Made by a program: the position numbers and the translations under genes. A DNA stretch of 32,000 nucleotides from Candidatus Kuenenia stuttgartensis (GTDB lineage: Bacteria; Planctomycetota; Brocadiia; Brocadiales; Brocadiaceae), in assembly GCF_900232105.1 (NCBI RefSeq), contig NZ_LT934425.1, positions 1 to 32,000 of the forward strand, in the 5' to 3' direction. The notes below the pieces were generated by a model. It did no database searches. It was not told where the DNA came from and worked only from the letters and a program-made list of their open reading frames with translations. Positions 8,838 to 18,161 of this stretch are shown one piece after another (within the stretch, counting starts at the first letter, position 1; each line of letters opens with the position of its first letter).

Positions 8838-10306
8838 CATTACTTTGTTAAAGAAAGCGTCTGAAAAAATATTTTTAAGTCGTAAGTCGAGTCGGCCACA
8901 ACTTATGACTTAGCAATGCTTTGCGACAAATATTTACTCTTGATTTTGCTCGTTACTTCCGGTATTAATTGCACTTGTAAATTTTTTACACAATCAATTA
9001 CCGGAGCAAAGGATTTGAGTATTTTCAGAACAAACATACCGTTATTAAATAAATTTCTTGAACATTTTGCATCGTGTTTTACTAAAAAACAATTTGCAAT
9101 GTTTCTACTTGTTGTCTACGCAATGTTTAAAGACTATAAAAGAAATTCACTGGAGGCCATGGCGCAAGCCGTTCATACGGATTACCAGAAATTTCAATAC
9201 TTCTTTTCTGAATCCAAATGGGATTTACCCGCATTAAAGCAGAAAAGAATGGACATTATCCAAAAACAAAGAACCACGGCATTGACAAAAGACAGCATCC
9301 TTACCATAGATGATACCGGATGTCCAAAGCCCTATGCTAAAAATACAGAGGCAGCCAAATGGCAATATTGCGGTCCGCTTAAAAGGCCGGAAACCTGCAA
9401 TGTTGTTGTTGGCGCGGCATTTGTCTCAAAAACAAAACATTTTCCCCTGGATGTTATTCCCTACCTTCCTGCCGATGAGTTCGGGGAAGGGAAAAATGAT
9501 CCCAAATTTAAAGACAAAATACAAATAGCAATGGATATGTTTGATGCTGCTTCTAACGTCTTTGATTTTTCAGCTATTGCCTTCGACACATGGTATGCCT
9601 CTCAACGGTTTCTCGAACATATTCACGCAAAAAAGAAACACTTTTTTTCAGAAATAAAATCAAACAGAAATATCTCCATGTACCATCCGGAAAAACAAAA
9701 ATATTGCATAATCAAACCAGATGAGCTCGTGACCCTCATCAAAAAGCATTATGCCGACAAAACCAAGTATGTTACTTTAAAATCCGCGGATGGAAGTGAA
9801 GTTTCCTATAAAACCTACACGTTTGACGCCAAACTGAATGGTTGCAATGTCCCGTTGAAGTTTGTGGTAATTTTGGGAAAATGGAACAAGGAAGATGATA
9901 AAAAATATCATGTCCTTATCACCAATCAACTCGACGCCTCTGTAAAAACGGTTATCACAAACTATCTGTTGCGTTGGGGTATTGAACACTGTTTCAAGGA
10001 ATTGAAGGATACTTTTTATTTCGATCATTATCAGGTAAGGCACATTGACAAGATTGAGCGATATTGGAATATTTGTCTGATCTCATGGACATTCGTTTAC
10101 TGGATAAAACAAAACGCTTATCTGGATAAAATCATAGAAACAAAACCTTCTACCTTTAATGAATTCAAAAAAGCAATCAATTCCCTGCTTGAATTCTCAT
10201 CAACAAACGCTTTATCAAAGAACGAAAAACTCTCACAAGAATATTTTAAAATTAAATCCGCTCGATTTAAGAAAAAAATCGCCGCTTAATTTTTAACAAA
10301 GTAATG
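8838..10306 (+). mobile_element. Insertion sequence of the IS701/IS4 type (about 1.47 kb)
   Basis: There are perfect 14-bp terminal inverted repeats, CATTACTTTGTTAA at 8838-8851 and its reverse complement at 10293-10306, with an imperfect inward extension. The flanks form a 9-bp direct repeat, CTACTATTA (8829-8837) and CTATTATTA (10307-10315), matching at 8 of 9 positions. A single DDE transposase ORF lies inside. Confidence 0.8.
8916..10289 (+). CDS. DDE transposase, IS701-like (IS4 superfamily)
   Basis: 457 aa. The segments FTKKQFAMFLLVVYAMF..., YQKFQYFFSESKWD, ILTIDDTGCPK, FDTWYAS and LLRWGIEHCFKELKD are characteristic of IS701/IS4-type DDE transposases. The true start may be internal, since the N-terminal roughly 35 aa look atypical. 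Confidence 0.85.
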   Translation: MLCDKYLLLILLVTSGINCTCKFFTQSITGAKDLSIFRTNIPLLNKFLEHFASCFTKKQFAMFLLVVYAMFKDYKRNSLEAMAQAVHTDYQKFQYFFSESKWDLPALKQKRMDIIQKQRTTALTKDSILTIDDTGCPKPYAKNTEAAKWQYCGPLKRPETCNVVVGAAFVSKTKHFPLDVIPYLPADEFGEGKNDPKFKDKIQIAMDMFDAASNVFDFSAIAFDTWYASQRFLEHIHAKKKHFFSEIKSNRNISMYHPEKQKYCIIKPDELVTLIKKHYADKTKYVTLKSADGSEVSYKTYTFDAKLNGCNVPLKFVVILGKWNKEDDKKYHVLITNQLDASVKTVITNYLLRWGIEHCFKELKDTFYFDHYQVRHIDKIERYWNICLISWTFVYWIKQNAYLDKIIETKPSTFNEFKKAINSLLEFSSTNALSKNEKLSQEYFKIKSARFKKKIAA

Positions 10307-10315
10307 CTATTATTA

Positions 10316-11002
10316 TTATCTGAACCACTTTTTCTTTTGTCTCCAGACGGTAACCCTGTTTTTCCCTTTTTTCTTTGATTCTAACAATGTCTTGTCTGCG
10401 TTGTCTGTGAGATCGCTTCGTTTTAATGTATCAACGTGTGGCGCAATTTCAGCGATGCCAAAACTTGCCGTAACATTATATTTCATGTTATTTATTATGA
10501 ATGTATGTTTCGCTACTTTTTCACGCATCCTTTCGGCAACAATAACGGCTGCGTCCACTTTTGTATCAGCTAAAACTATGGCAAACTCTTCGCCTCCATA
10601 GCGGGCAAGGATATCATATTCCCGCAAACATAACGTCAGCAGTTTGCACAGTTCCTTTAAAATGAAGTCGCCTGTTTGATGTCCATATAAGCCATTAAAA
10701 CTTTTAAAATTATCCACGTCTATCAATACCAGGCGGAAATTAGTCTGTTTTCGTTTCGATCTGTTGATTTCTTTTTCAATAAATGCTTGCAGAAAACGAT
10801 GGTTATACACCTCCGTCAATCCATCGATATTCGCAAGATTTTGGAGACTTTTGTTTTTTGTTTCTAATTCTCTGGCTAATTTCTGCAGTTGTATTTTTGT
10901 AGCAACATGCTCCCTGTTCATCTGGTCATATGTCAGGTTTATAACACTAAGGGCCGCGTTTGCTTCCAGTAATATATCTTCTACCGGTTTAGGTTTTTCC
11001 AT
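10316..11002 (-). CDS. Diguanylate cyclase (GGDEF domain) with an N-terminal coiled coil
   Basis: Contains DGLTEVYNHRFL, LIDVDNFKSFNGLYGHQTGD, RYGGEEFAIVL and SFGIA. An ATG at 11002 (MEKPKP...) is preferred over the TTG at 11014. The stop codon is the first triplet after the IS flanking repeat. Confidence 0.9.
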   Translation of the reverse strand: MEKPKPVEDILLEANAALSVINLTYDQMNREHVATKIQLQKLARELETKNKSLQNLANIDGLTEVYNHRFLQAFIEKEINRSKRKQTNFRLVLIDVDNFKSFNGLYGHQTGDFILKELCKLLTLCLREYDILARYGGEEFAIVLADTKVDAAVIVAERMREKVAKHTFIINNMKYNVTASFGIAEIAPHVDTLKRSDLTDNADKTLLESKKKGKNRVTVWRQKKKWFR

Positions 11003-11013
11003 ATTAAATCCCA

Positions 11014-13857
11014 ATGTTTACCTTACATAATAATAGCCATTCTTTCGCGTCACTCCTGAAACAATCAACCGTCAGTGATGTAAAAGGCGCATTTCCGAAA
11101 ACGATACTACATTTCCTAAACGACAATAGTTTCCTGTTTCCGAAATCAAAAACCTCTGAAATTTTCCCGGCCTTCAACGAATCGTTATGGATTTCACCGC
11201 AAACGGTTTTAAAAATGGACGCAGAAACCGGGGTATTTGGAAAGAGGATTCGAAACAAAAACAGCCGGACAGAACTGTTATTAGCATCATTCAAAAACAT
11301 TATTGCGCAATTCATTATTGCACCATTTTTCCCGGAATCAATAAAAGGCGATTTTCAACTCATTCCCCTTAAATGTCCTCATACTAAAAATAGTATTACT
11401 TACGGGATATCTGATTCGTTCAGTCTGAATGTGACAGGAAACAACCCTGTTACCTTTTCCGTTTATCTGGGAGATGGACGTAGTTTGAGAGATATGCAAA
11501 GAATGATTGAGGATAATGCGGATATCCGGGCGCTAAAAGATATTTTCGGATATTTAGAGGACGACTCATACGGTCTTTTCCCCATCATTCCCTCCTATAA
11601 AATAGAAAGACATAAAAACAATGTATCTCTTACCCTCAGCAAGAATATCCTTGGGGAAACATACCGGCTTAAGATAATAGTGGAAGGCATACAAGAAGAA
11701 ATAATCATAAAAGAGGCCGAACATCCTCTGGTGTTGAGTTATTTTGTCATCGAGGAAGCCAAAAATAATATCAGCAAAGAAGAAAAAGGCTGGGAATTAC
11801 TTAACGATATATTTAAAAAAAGCCCTGAGTGGTTTAAGGAAAAGCAGTTGCGTCTTCTTTGCTTTTCCGGAGCTGATGACCATGCAAAATCAGGCGCCCC
11901 ACATCATCGATACAAACGATATTTGAATGCTTCTAAAAAAGACCTTTATATTATCGAAATCCTGTGTCCTTTTTTTGAAATAATACCTTCAAAATCAAAC
12001 TCCTCAATAAAGATAGATATAGAACTCACGGTAAATACAACATTACAGCACTATCGCCCAAAAGCATTCCCGTTAAGAGGCATATTTAAAAATGATAGCA
12101 TGGAATATATCAACCGCTTGCAAAATGCCAAAACTATGGCGGGTCTGATAGATGAAAAGATCATGAGCCTTTTAAATATGCTTGAAATTTCTTACCGTTC
12201 ACTTTCATTTTTGATCACGAACAACATGATTCTGGCAGGAGCGTTTACCTATCTCACCTATTTTGGCAGGGATACCGTCTTTACCCATTTGTTGCTCAAA
12301 CCGTTTCTTACTATATTTGTTCAGCAAAAAATAGTGCAACAACTCTTAAACCGTTCAAACCAGTCGGGTGAGGGTGCTCACGAAACAGACTCCCGCGTCC
12401 TGAAAGAAAATGAAGCCCACTACGACTATCGTATGACCGATACCGATTTCTTGGTAGCTATCTCAACTTTTGAATTGTTAAACGAAATGAGTTGCAAGGA
12501 TATTGAAGATTTTTTAAACCATAAAGACAGCGAAAATCGCTATCATTGTACAGCACCAGACGAGACATTTTTTATCAACAATGCGACGGTAATCATTCGT
12601 AATTTAAACAGAGCACTTACCCTTATTGAAAACAATGACCTTGTCCCATTAAAGCGAATAAACGACCCCAGTTCCGCCAATTGGAGGGATGCGGTAAATA
12701 GTTTTTCAAGAGGCACATATTCCTATGATGTAAATGCCGTATGGGTTCCCCATCTACTCCGCCTTTTAGAATCATTCAGCACAAACAAAGAAAAAAGGGA
12801 AATCCTTTTAGCTTTCCTGAATAAAATTCAGGCTCTCTATCCAAACCATTGTTTTAAACCTACAGAAACACTTCTTCATACAATCACCAGTACGCCTGGT
12901 AATACAATTACGACCCTTATTGAACGGACCAAAAAAAAGTTTGAGATTTCATACTCGTTAGAAGAGTGGCGTACCCGTTTAAAAAGTTTTTACAACGACC
13001 CGCAAAACCACGAAAAATCAATTCAGGACCTGAAAAAAATGAAGATTGGCTACTATCTCAGGGAACACGGACAAGGCAGGGTATGGTTTACGGCAGAAGA
13101 TTTTTTAGATGACCGGAAATGGGAAAACAGTATGCAATATCAATTTGAGCTTCTGCCAGATAATTTTTTTCTTCCTGATGGAAATCCCTTTCCCAACGGC
13201 ATTCACACATACGCCATGGCACTCGATAAAGATAAAAATCCGATTCCTATCATGCATAGCGATTTGGGCTTTGAGGCATTTACAAAGTCTATGAGAAAGG
13301 AACACATAGAGAAAGAATTGATACTGCCGGTAGAGCTTCCCTTATCCCTGGGTGGGCTGGCAATCATAGATAGAAATGGTGAAAGCCTCGGTTTTACCGT
13401 TGCCAATCCCATGCTTGCAAATAGAAATGGCTACGAACTGTTGCTAACGCCTGCCGAAAAAAACAGGGGAATCGATCCAAAAATACTTTCTCCATGGAAC
13501 CTTATCGGCAAAAACGAATATCACGGATGGGGGGCTATTTGGGAGGTGATGATAGATTTTATGGTTGCGGCGTTACAAGATGCGGACATACAAAACCATA
13601 CTTACCTGAAAAATTATTATTGGTGGGTATTGGAAAATTATACGCAATATCCCAGGGTTCGTAATAAGGAGGTGTTGGGGTTCAAATACAATGACAATTA
13701 CAAAGACTGGCTTCTCACTGAATCCACCATAGAAAAATTTGAAATCAACGACCTCCAGGCCTTCAACGCAGCCGGCAGGTTAAGGGTTCTCTTAAAAGCA
13801 CTCATTCCCGGAATAACCACCTTCTGGCTTTTTAAGAGGGAAGAAGGCGACACCTGA
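11014..13857 (+). CDS. Large hypothetical protein with an amylo-alpha-1,6-glucosidase (GDE_C)/six-hairpin glycosidase-like central region
   Basis: 947-aa ORF. LAGAFTYLTYFGRDTVFTHLLL and ANWRDAVNSFSRGTYSYDVNAVWVPHLLRLL resemble the GDE_C motifs (G..WF..WGRDT and tWMDa...pR.G..vEinALW). The start is uncertain: the ATG at 11014 would leave only 11 bp to the divergent GGDEF start, so the ATG at 11215 (MDAETGVFGKR) is a plausible alternative. Confidence 0.6.
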   Translation: MFTLHNNSHSFASLLKQSTVSDVKGAFPKTILHFLNDNSFLFPKSKTSEIFPAFNESLWISPQTVLKMDAETGVFGKRIRNKNSRTELLLASFKNIIAQFIIAPFFPESIKGDFQLIPLKCPHTKNSITYGISDSFSLNVTGNNPVTFSVYLGDGRSLRDMQRMIEDNADIRALKDIFGYLEDDSYGLFPIIPSYKIERHKNNVSLTLSKNILGETYRLKIIVEGIQEEIIIKEAEHPLVLSYFVIEEAKNNISKEEKGWELLNDIFKKSPEWFKEKQLRLLCFSGADDHAKSGAPHHRYKRYLNASKKDLYIIEILCPFFEIIPSKSNSSIKIDIELTVNTTLQHYRPKAFPLRGIFKNDSMEYINRLQNAKTMAGLIDEKIMSLLNMLEISYRSLSFLITNNMILAGAFTYLTYFGRDTVFTHLLLKPFLTIFVQQKIVQQLLNRSNQSGEGAHETDSRVLKENEAHYDYRMTDTDFLVAISTFELLNEMSCKDIEDFLNHKDSENRYHCTAPDETFFINNATVIIRNLNRALTLIENNDLVPLKRINDPSSANWRDAVNSFSRGTYSYDVNAVWVPHLLRLLESFSTNKEKREILLAFLNKIQALYPNHCFKPTETLLHTITSTPGNTITTLIERTKKKFEISYSLEEWRTRLKSFYNDPQNHEKSIQDLKKMKIGYYLREHGQGRVWFTAEDFLDDRKWENSMQYQFELLPDNFFLPDGNPFPNGIHTYAMALDKDKNPIPIMHSDLGFEAFTKSMRKEHIEKELILPVELPLSLGGLAIIDRNGESLGFTVANPMLANRNGYELLLTPAEKNRGIDPKILSPWNLIGKNEYHGWGAIWEVMIDFMVAALQDADIQNHTYLKNYYWWVLENYTQYPRVRNKEVLGFKYNDNYKDWLLTESTIEKFEINDLQAFNAAGRLRVLLKALIPGITTFWLFKREEGDT
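11090..11146. promoter_or_regulatory. Direct repeats CATTTCC(G/T)AAAACGA and TTTCCGAAAT in the GGDEF / 947-aa divergent region
   Basis: Copies at 11090-11104, 11110-11123 and 11137-11146. They lie in a segment that is non-coding only if the 947-aa gene starts at the ATG at 11215. Confidence 0.3.
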
Positions 13858-13882
13858 AAAGCTTGCTTACCCCCACTGCTAC

Positions 13883-13920
13883 CTCCCAAGAGGGTAATTT
13901 GGAAAGTCCCCTCTTGGGAG
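13883..13920. repeat. Hairpin with a 12-bp perfect stem (ctcccaagaggg / ccctcttgggag) and a G-rich tail (ggattaaggggtgggtt)
   Basis: It starts 26 bp after the stop of the 947-aa gene. There is no T-tract, so it is not a canonical intrinsic terminator. It belongs to the hairpin-plus-GGGGTGG motif family also seen at 14211-14239, 14434-14464, 18184-18212 and 18291-18320. Confidence 0.5.
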
Positions 13921-14048
13921 AGGATTAAGGGGTGGGTTAAAGGCATAATGAAAAACGTTGTATCGTAATTCATTTATGAAGTACGAAGTACGATTTAGAT
14001 CTCAAATCTCAAATCGTAAATTGTAATTCATAAATCTCAGGCAGAAAC

Positions 14049-14540
14049 GGGAGCATTCCCGATTTTTTGTAAAAATGCCATTAGCGGGGAGAGGGGAAGA
14101 ATAGTAACTCAAGCTTCAAGCTTGAGGGTAAAATACCACAAGCAGGATGTTTGTGGTACAATGTACAATTAGTTAGCCAAGAATTTGAAATGCTCCTGTT
14201 CAAACCATGTCCCCCGCTGGCGGGGGTGCAGGGGGTGGACTGGATTTCTCCGTCGATACAACTACCCCTTTATTATGAAAACAAATTTGACCCTCTTTCC
14301 CACGCTGCGCAGACTGGTCAAATGGGCAATTTTATCCTGTTTCGTGACATGCATTCCCGCAGAGCGCAGGAATGAGAATAAAAACTTATGGCTATTCATG
14401 TTATAAACCTCCCAGATTTCTTCCGCAGACAATTCCACCCCCTTAATCCCCCGCCAGCGGGGGGACAGGCTTGCCACATCCCTTGCAGCGTTGTTTTGCC
14501 CCAATCACACAAACGGTTACAAAAAATCGGGAATGCTCCT
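14049..14540. mobile_element. MITE copy A (492 bp), TIR GGGAGCATTCCCGATTTTTTGTAA
   Basis: The TIRs at 14049-14072 and 14517-14540 (reverse complement) match at 23 of 24 positions. A perfect 9-bp direct duplication, GGCAGAAAC, abuts both ends (14040-14048 and 14541-14549). There is no credible ORF inside. The insertion lies 1 nt beyond the stop codon of the CoADR-rhodanese gene. Confidence 0.85.
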
Positions 14541-14550
14541 GGCAGAAACT

Positions 14551-16218
14551 CTATTTTTCAATTGCATAAGGCCATGCCAACAAGCTACCTTCCATAAATT
14601 TTACATTTTCAAACCCTTCGGTTTTTAAAAGTAAATGAGCCTGTGACGCCCTTAAACCAACGCCGCAATAAGTAATGATTTCTCTTGTTTTATCCAATGC
14701 GCCGCTTCTTGATTTCAGTTCGTTTAATGGAATGTGAAGGCTGCCTTCAATATGGCCTTTATCGTGCTCATGCTTTGTACGGACGTCTAATAAAACAAAA
14801 TCATCCTTACGCTCTAGCTTTTGTTTAGTAATAAGCGGCGATATGCTCTGGATTTTCCCCTCTAGCTTGTTTCGCAAAACGTTTGCGGCCGTTATAAGCG
14901 GGTCCATAGGAGATGAATATGGCGGGGCATACGACAGGTCATATTTTGAAAGTTGTCCGGCGGTAACCCTTCCCATCAAAGCGGCGGAAACAACATCAAT
15001 CCTTTTGTCAACCACACCTTCCCCGGCAATTTCAGCTCCAAGCAAAATGCCGCTCCCCTTTTCTGCTATTAATTTAACAATAATCAGCTTTGAACCGGGA
15101 TAATAATGGGGCTTGTCATGGGACGGAACGATAACAGACACGACGTCAAATCCATTCCTGATTGCCTCTTTCTCCGATAAGCCGGTTTTAGCAACTGTCC
15201 AATCAAATACTTTTACAATAAACGTTCCCATCACTCCGGGAAAGGTATCGTTTCCTCCGCAAATATTTATTCCGCCAATGCGCCCCTGCTTGTTTGCTGT
15301 TGTCGCCAGAGGTATCCACACGGGTTTTCCTGTTACCATATGTGTCGTTTCAACACAATCACCAACGGCATAAATATCGGGAATATTTGTTTCAAGCCTT
15401 TCGTTTACCTGTATTGCACCCGTTTGTCCAATGGCTATTCCTGCATTTTTTGCAAGGCTTACGTTCGGTTTAATTCCCGTCGCAAGCACCACAATTTCTG
15501 CCGGAAGCGTTTGTTTTTTTGTAATTACCTTTGAAACGTTGCCTTCTGAATCGGCTTCATATTTTATCACCTCATCATCTTCATGTATATGCACGCCCTT
15601 TGCCCTGACATGGTTTTGGACAAGGAGCGCTATGTTTTTGTCAATGTGAGAAAGTATATGCTCGCGGCGAATAATAATATGGGCCTTTATTCCATATTCC
15701 ATCAGGCTCTCAGCTATTTCCAATGCAATAAATCCACCGCCTACTATTATGGCGTGCCCTATTTTTTTTTGTTGCAACACCGATTTAATACGCATTGCGC
15801 TCTTAATATTGTGCAAGGTAAATATATTCCCGGATTCTACCCCTTCACACTCAGGAACATAAGGCTTTGCGCCTGTAGCCAAAACAAGAAAATCATATGG
15901 GAGGAAAGCAGAACTGTTTGTTTTGAGATTCCTGACGGCAATATCCTTGCCGCCCGGATTAATTGCCTCAACCCTGTGTTCCGTCAAAACATTTATATTC
16001 AACATTTTGAGAAAATAATCAGGCGTTCTTATTATGAGAGAGGAACTATCCTTTATTATATCTGAGATAAAATACGGCGTGCCGCATGCAGCGTAAGAAA
16101 TATCCGCTTCTTCGGTAATAAGCGTTATCTCCGCATCCGGATCTTCTCTCCGTGCCTTTGCGGCAGTCTTTGTCCCGGATGCTACTGCGCCAATAATAAC
16201 CATGCGTTTTGGTCCCAT
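14551..16218 (-). CDS. CoA-disulfide reductase/NADH-oxidase-family flavoprotein fused to a C-terminal rhodanese domain (NADH-dependent persulfide reductase-like)
   Basis: 555 aa. Contains the FAD motif MVIIGAVASGTKTAAKA, the redox Cys in SYAACGTPY, a second Rossmann fold (IIVGGGFIALEIAE), and YAVGDC. The C-terminal rhodanese part reads FVLLDVRTKHEHDKGHIEGSLHIP ... ITYCGVGLRAS. An AGGAG Shine-Dalgarno sequence lies 9 nt upstream of the ATG. Confidence 0.85.
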   Translation of the reverse strand: MGPKRMVIIGAVASGTKTAAKARREDPDAEITLITEEADISYAACGTPYFISDIIKDSSSLIIRTPDYFLKMLNINVLTEHRVEAINPGGKDIAVRNLKTNSSAFLPYDFLVLATGAKPYVPECEGVESGNIFTLHNIKSAMRIKSVLQQKKIGHAIIVGGGFIALEIAESLMEYGIKAHIIIRREHILSHIDKNIALLVQNHVRAKGVHIHEDDEVIKYEADSEGNVSKVITKKQTLPAEIVVLATGIKPNVSLAKNAGIAIGQTGAIQVNERLETNIPDIYAVGDCVETTHMVTGKPVWIPLATTANKQGRIGGINICGGNDTFPGVMGTFIVKVFDWTVAKTGLSEKEAIRNGFDVVSVIVPSHDKPHYYPGSKLIIVKLIAEKGSGILLGAEIAGEGVVDKRIDVVSAALMGRVTAGQLSKYDLSYAPPYSSPMDPLITAANVLRNKLEGKIQSISPLITKQKLERKDDFVLLDVRTKHEHDKGHIEGSLHIPLNELKSRSGALDKTREIITYCGVGLRASQAHLLLKTEGFENVKFMEGSLLAWPYAIEK

Positions 16219-16301
16219 TTCTGATCTCCTAATCTCCTAATATACCCTTCCCAATACCGTATTCATCAATACGTTCATCCTAAACTGGTGTGAACATTCG
16301 T

Positions 16302-16901
16302 TCATGGGTGCTTCGTTTTATATTCACAAATAATGCGCCGTACATCCTCAATTTCAAATCCATACTCTTTTCTCAATTTGCCTAAGTGTTCCTTTTTGTC
16401 CACATCTTCCGGCAGGCCAAGTTTTTCAATAATATATTCAACAGAAACCTCCGACTCTTCTGCGACCTCGGTAAATGTCATTGCACCCCGTACTTGAATC
16501 TTCTTATGATCCTGCGATAAACATAAATCACACCCCTGTCTTTCTACATTTGTTTCATTTACCGGACTTAACAGAGGAGATATTGCAAATACCAGCACAC
16601 CTATGAATCCAATAATCACCAATGCAACACGTAACCCTGACCTTTCATGTGACTTGCCAATAAAAATATTCGCTACCCAACGCCAATGAAGAAACAAATG
16701 TACCGCTAAACAGCATAAGAAGAAGACTGAAATCCAAAAATGGATGTTACCCCATTCGTGCCTGTCCATTCCACAAATAGTCTTAAAACGCCTGCTCCCG
16801 GCAGGAAGGATATAGTGCATCAACATACCGGTGGTGGTTAAGAGGATAAAACCAACAAAGGCAATCGCATCAATAACAATATTCTGTATCGAACGTTTCA
16901 T
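16302..16901 (-). CDS. DUF4405-like histidine-rich membrane protein with a C-terminal soluble tail
   Basis: 199 aa with about 4 predicted TM helices. It shows the pattern ...LMHYILPAGS... HEWGNIHFWISVFFLCCLAVHLFLHWRW typical of DUF4405. The assignment is from memory. Confidence 0.55.
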   Translation of the reverse strand: MKRSIQNIVIDAIAFVGFILLTTTGMLMHYILPAGSRRFKTICGMDRHEWGNIHFWISVFFLCCLAVHLFLHWRWVANIFIGKSHERSGLRVALVIIGFIGVLVFAISPLLSPVNETNVERQGCDLCLSQDHKKIQVRGAMTFTEVAEESEVSVEYIIEKLGLPEDVDKKEHLGKLRKEYGFEIEDVRRIICEYKTKHP

Positions 16902-16953
16902 TTTCTCTCTTTTTTGAAGTATAACTTTTTCAAATCCTTAGGACGTGCACCTG

Positions 16954-18027
16954 TTATTTAAACCAATTTTGTGTTTTAAGACATATCTTAACCAACATGA
17001 GCATCACAGGCACCTCAATTAATACACCCACAACAGTGGCCAAAGATGCCCCTGACGATAGGCCAAAAAGCATTGTTGAGGTGGCAATCGCCACTTCAAA
17101 ATGATTGCTCGCTCCAATCATTGCAGCAGGCGCAGCATCCCTGTAGGCTAACCGGAAAAATCTTGCTAACGCATAACCTATTGCAAAGATAAAACAGGTT
17201 TGAATAAAAAGGGGGATTGCTATAAAAAGAATCGCTTGTTTCTGAGTAATAATCACATCGCCCTTGAATGAAAATAAAAGAACCAATGTAGCCAGAAGCG
17301 CTGTTATAGATACGGGCGTTAAGAAGTGTAAGAATTTTTGCTGAAACCACACCAACCCTTTCGTTTTGATGATCCATTTTCTGGAAAAATACCCCGACAC
17401 CAGAGGAAGGGCAACGTAAATTAAAACCGATAGCACTATTGTTTCCCAGGGGATAGGCATCTTGTTCACTTTTAATAAGAAACCACCCAGCGGGGCATAA
17501 AAAACCAACATGGTCAAAGAATTTATTGCCACCATAACAAGGGTTAGCCCGTCATTGCCCCTTGCCAGATATCCCCACATTAAAACCATTGCCGTACAGG
17601 GGGCTATTCCTAAAAGGATAGCTCCGGATATATATGAACGATAAATATCTACCGTGCTTCCGTCTTTAATAATTTCTGTGCCGGGTAAATAATCTTTAAA
17701 TATATATCCTAAAAAGAATGTTGCGATGAGATACATCGTAAACGGTTTAATGCACCAATTTATAACCATGGTCAGAATAACCGGTCTGGGGGTCTTCCCT
17801 GCTTTTATAACCTCCGCAAAGTCTATCTTCACCATAATAGGATACATCATAAAAAAAAGGCAAACGGCAATAGGAATAGAAACTTCATATACCGCAAGGG
17901 AATCTAACCTGAAGGCAACCCCCGGCGCCGTCTTCCCCAAAACAATGCCTGCACCGATACACAGCAACACCCAGAGTGTTAAATATTTCTCAAAAACAGA
18001 TAATTTTTTTTCGGGAATCTCTTTCAC
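16954..18027 (-). CDS. acr3: Arsenite efflux transporter, ACR3 family
   Basis: 357 aa with a GTG start. The N-terminus [23 protein letters not shown] and the polytopic BART-superfamily profile ([12 protein letters not shown], with the conserved Cys in helix 4) are typical of ACR3. Confidence 0.9.
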   Translation of the reverse strand: MKEIPEKKLSVFEKYLTLWVLLCIGAGIVLGKTAPGVAFRLDSLAVYEVSIPIAVCLFFMMYPIMVKIDFAEVIKAGKTPRPVILTMVINWCIKPFTMYLIATFFLGYIFKDYLPGTEIIKDGSTVDIYRSYISGAILLGIAPCTAMVLMWGYLARGNDGLTLVMVAINSLTMLVFYAPLGGFLLKVNKMPIPWETIVLSVLIYVALPLVSGYFSRKWIIKTKGLVWFQQKFLHFLTPVSITALLATLVLLFSFKGDVIITQKQAILFIAIPLFIQTCFIFAIGYALARFFRLAYRDAAPAAMIGASNHFEVAIATSTMLFGLSSGASLATVVGVLIEVPVMLMLVKICLKTQNWFK

Positions 18028-18161
18028 TCTTCGCTACTCTTTCGCTTTTAAAAAAACGTGCTCAAAATCTTACATCTCTACCGCAGGGGAAGGCTGTCTC
18101 CCTGTCAGTCATATACAGTTCGCTCCTGAAGAGATCAACCCATGACCCATGATATGGAAGT

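Noticed and set aside
14151-14504. ORFs inside MITE copy A (14151-14375, 14185-14406, 14262-14504, 14388-14597) and their look-alikes at 18142-18462, sharing peptides such as PPLAGVQGVDWISPSIQLPLYYENKFDPLSHA
   Set aside because: The peptide similarity merely reflects the DNA repeat. Several frames on both strands are open at once. The ORFs cross TIR and hairpin modules, have no ribosome-binding sites, and differ by indels that are not multiples of three.
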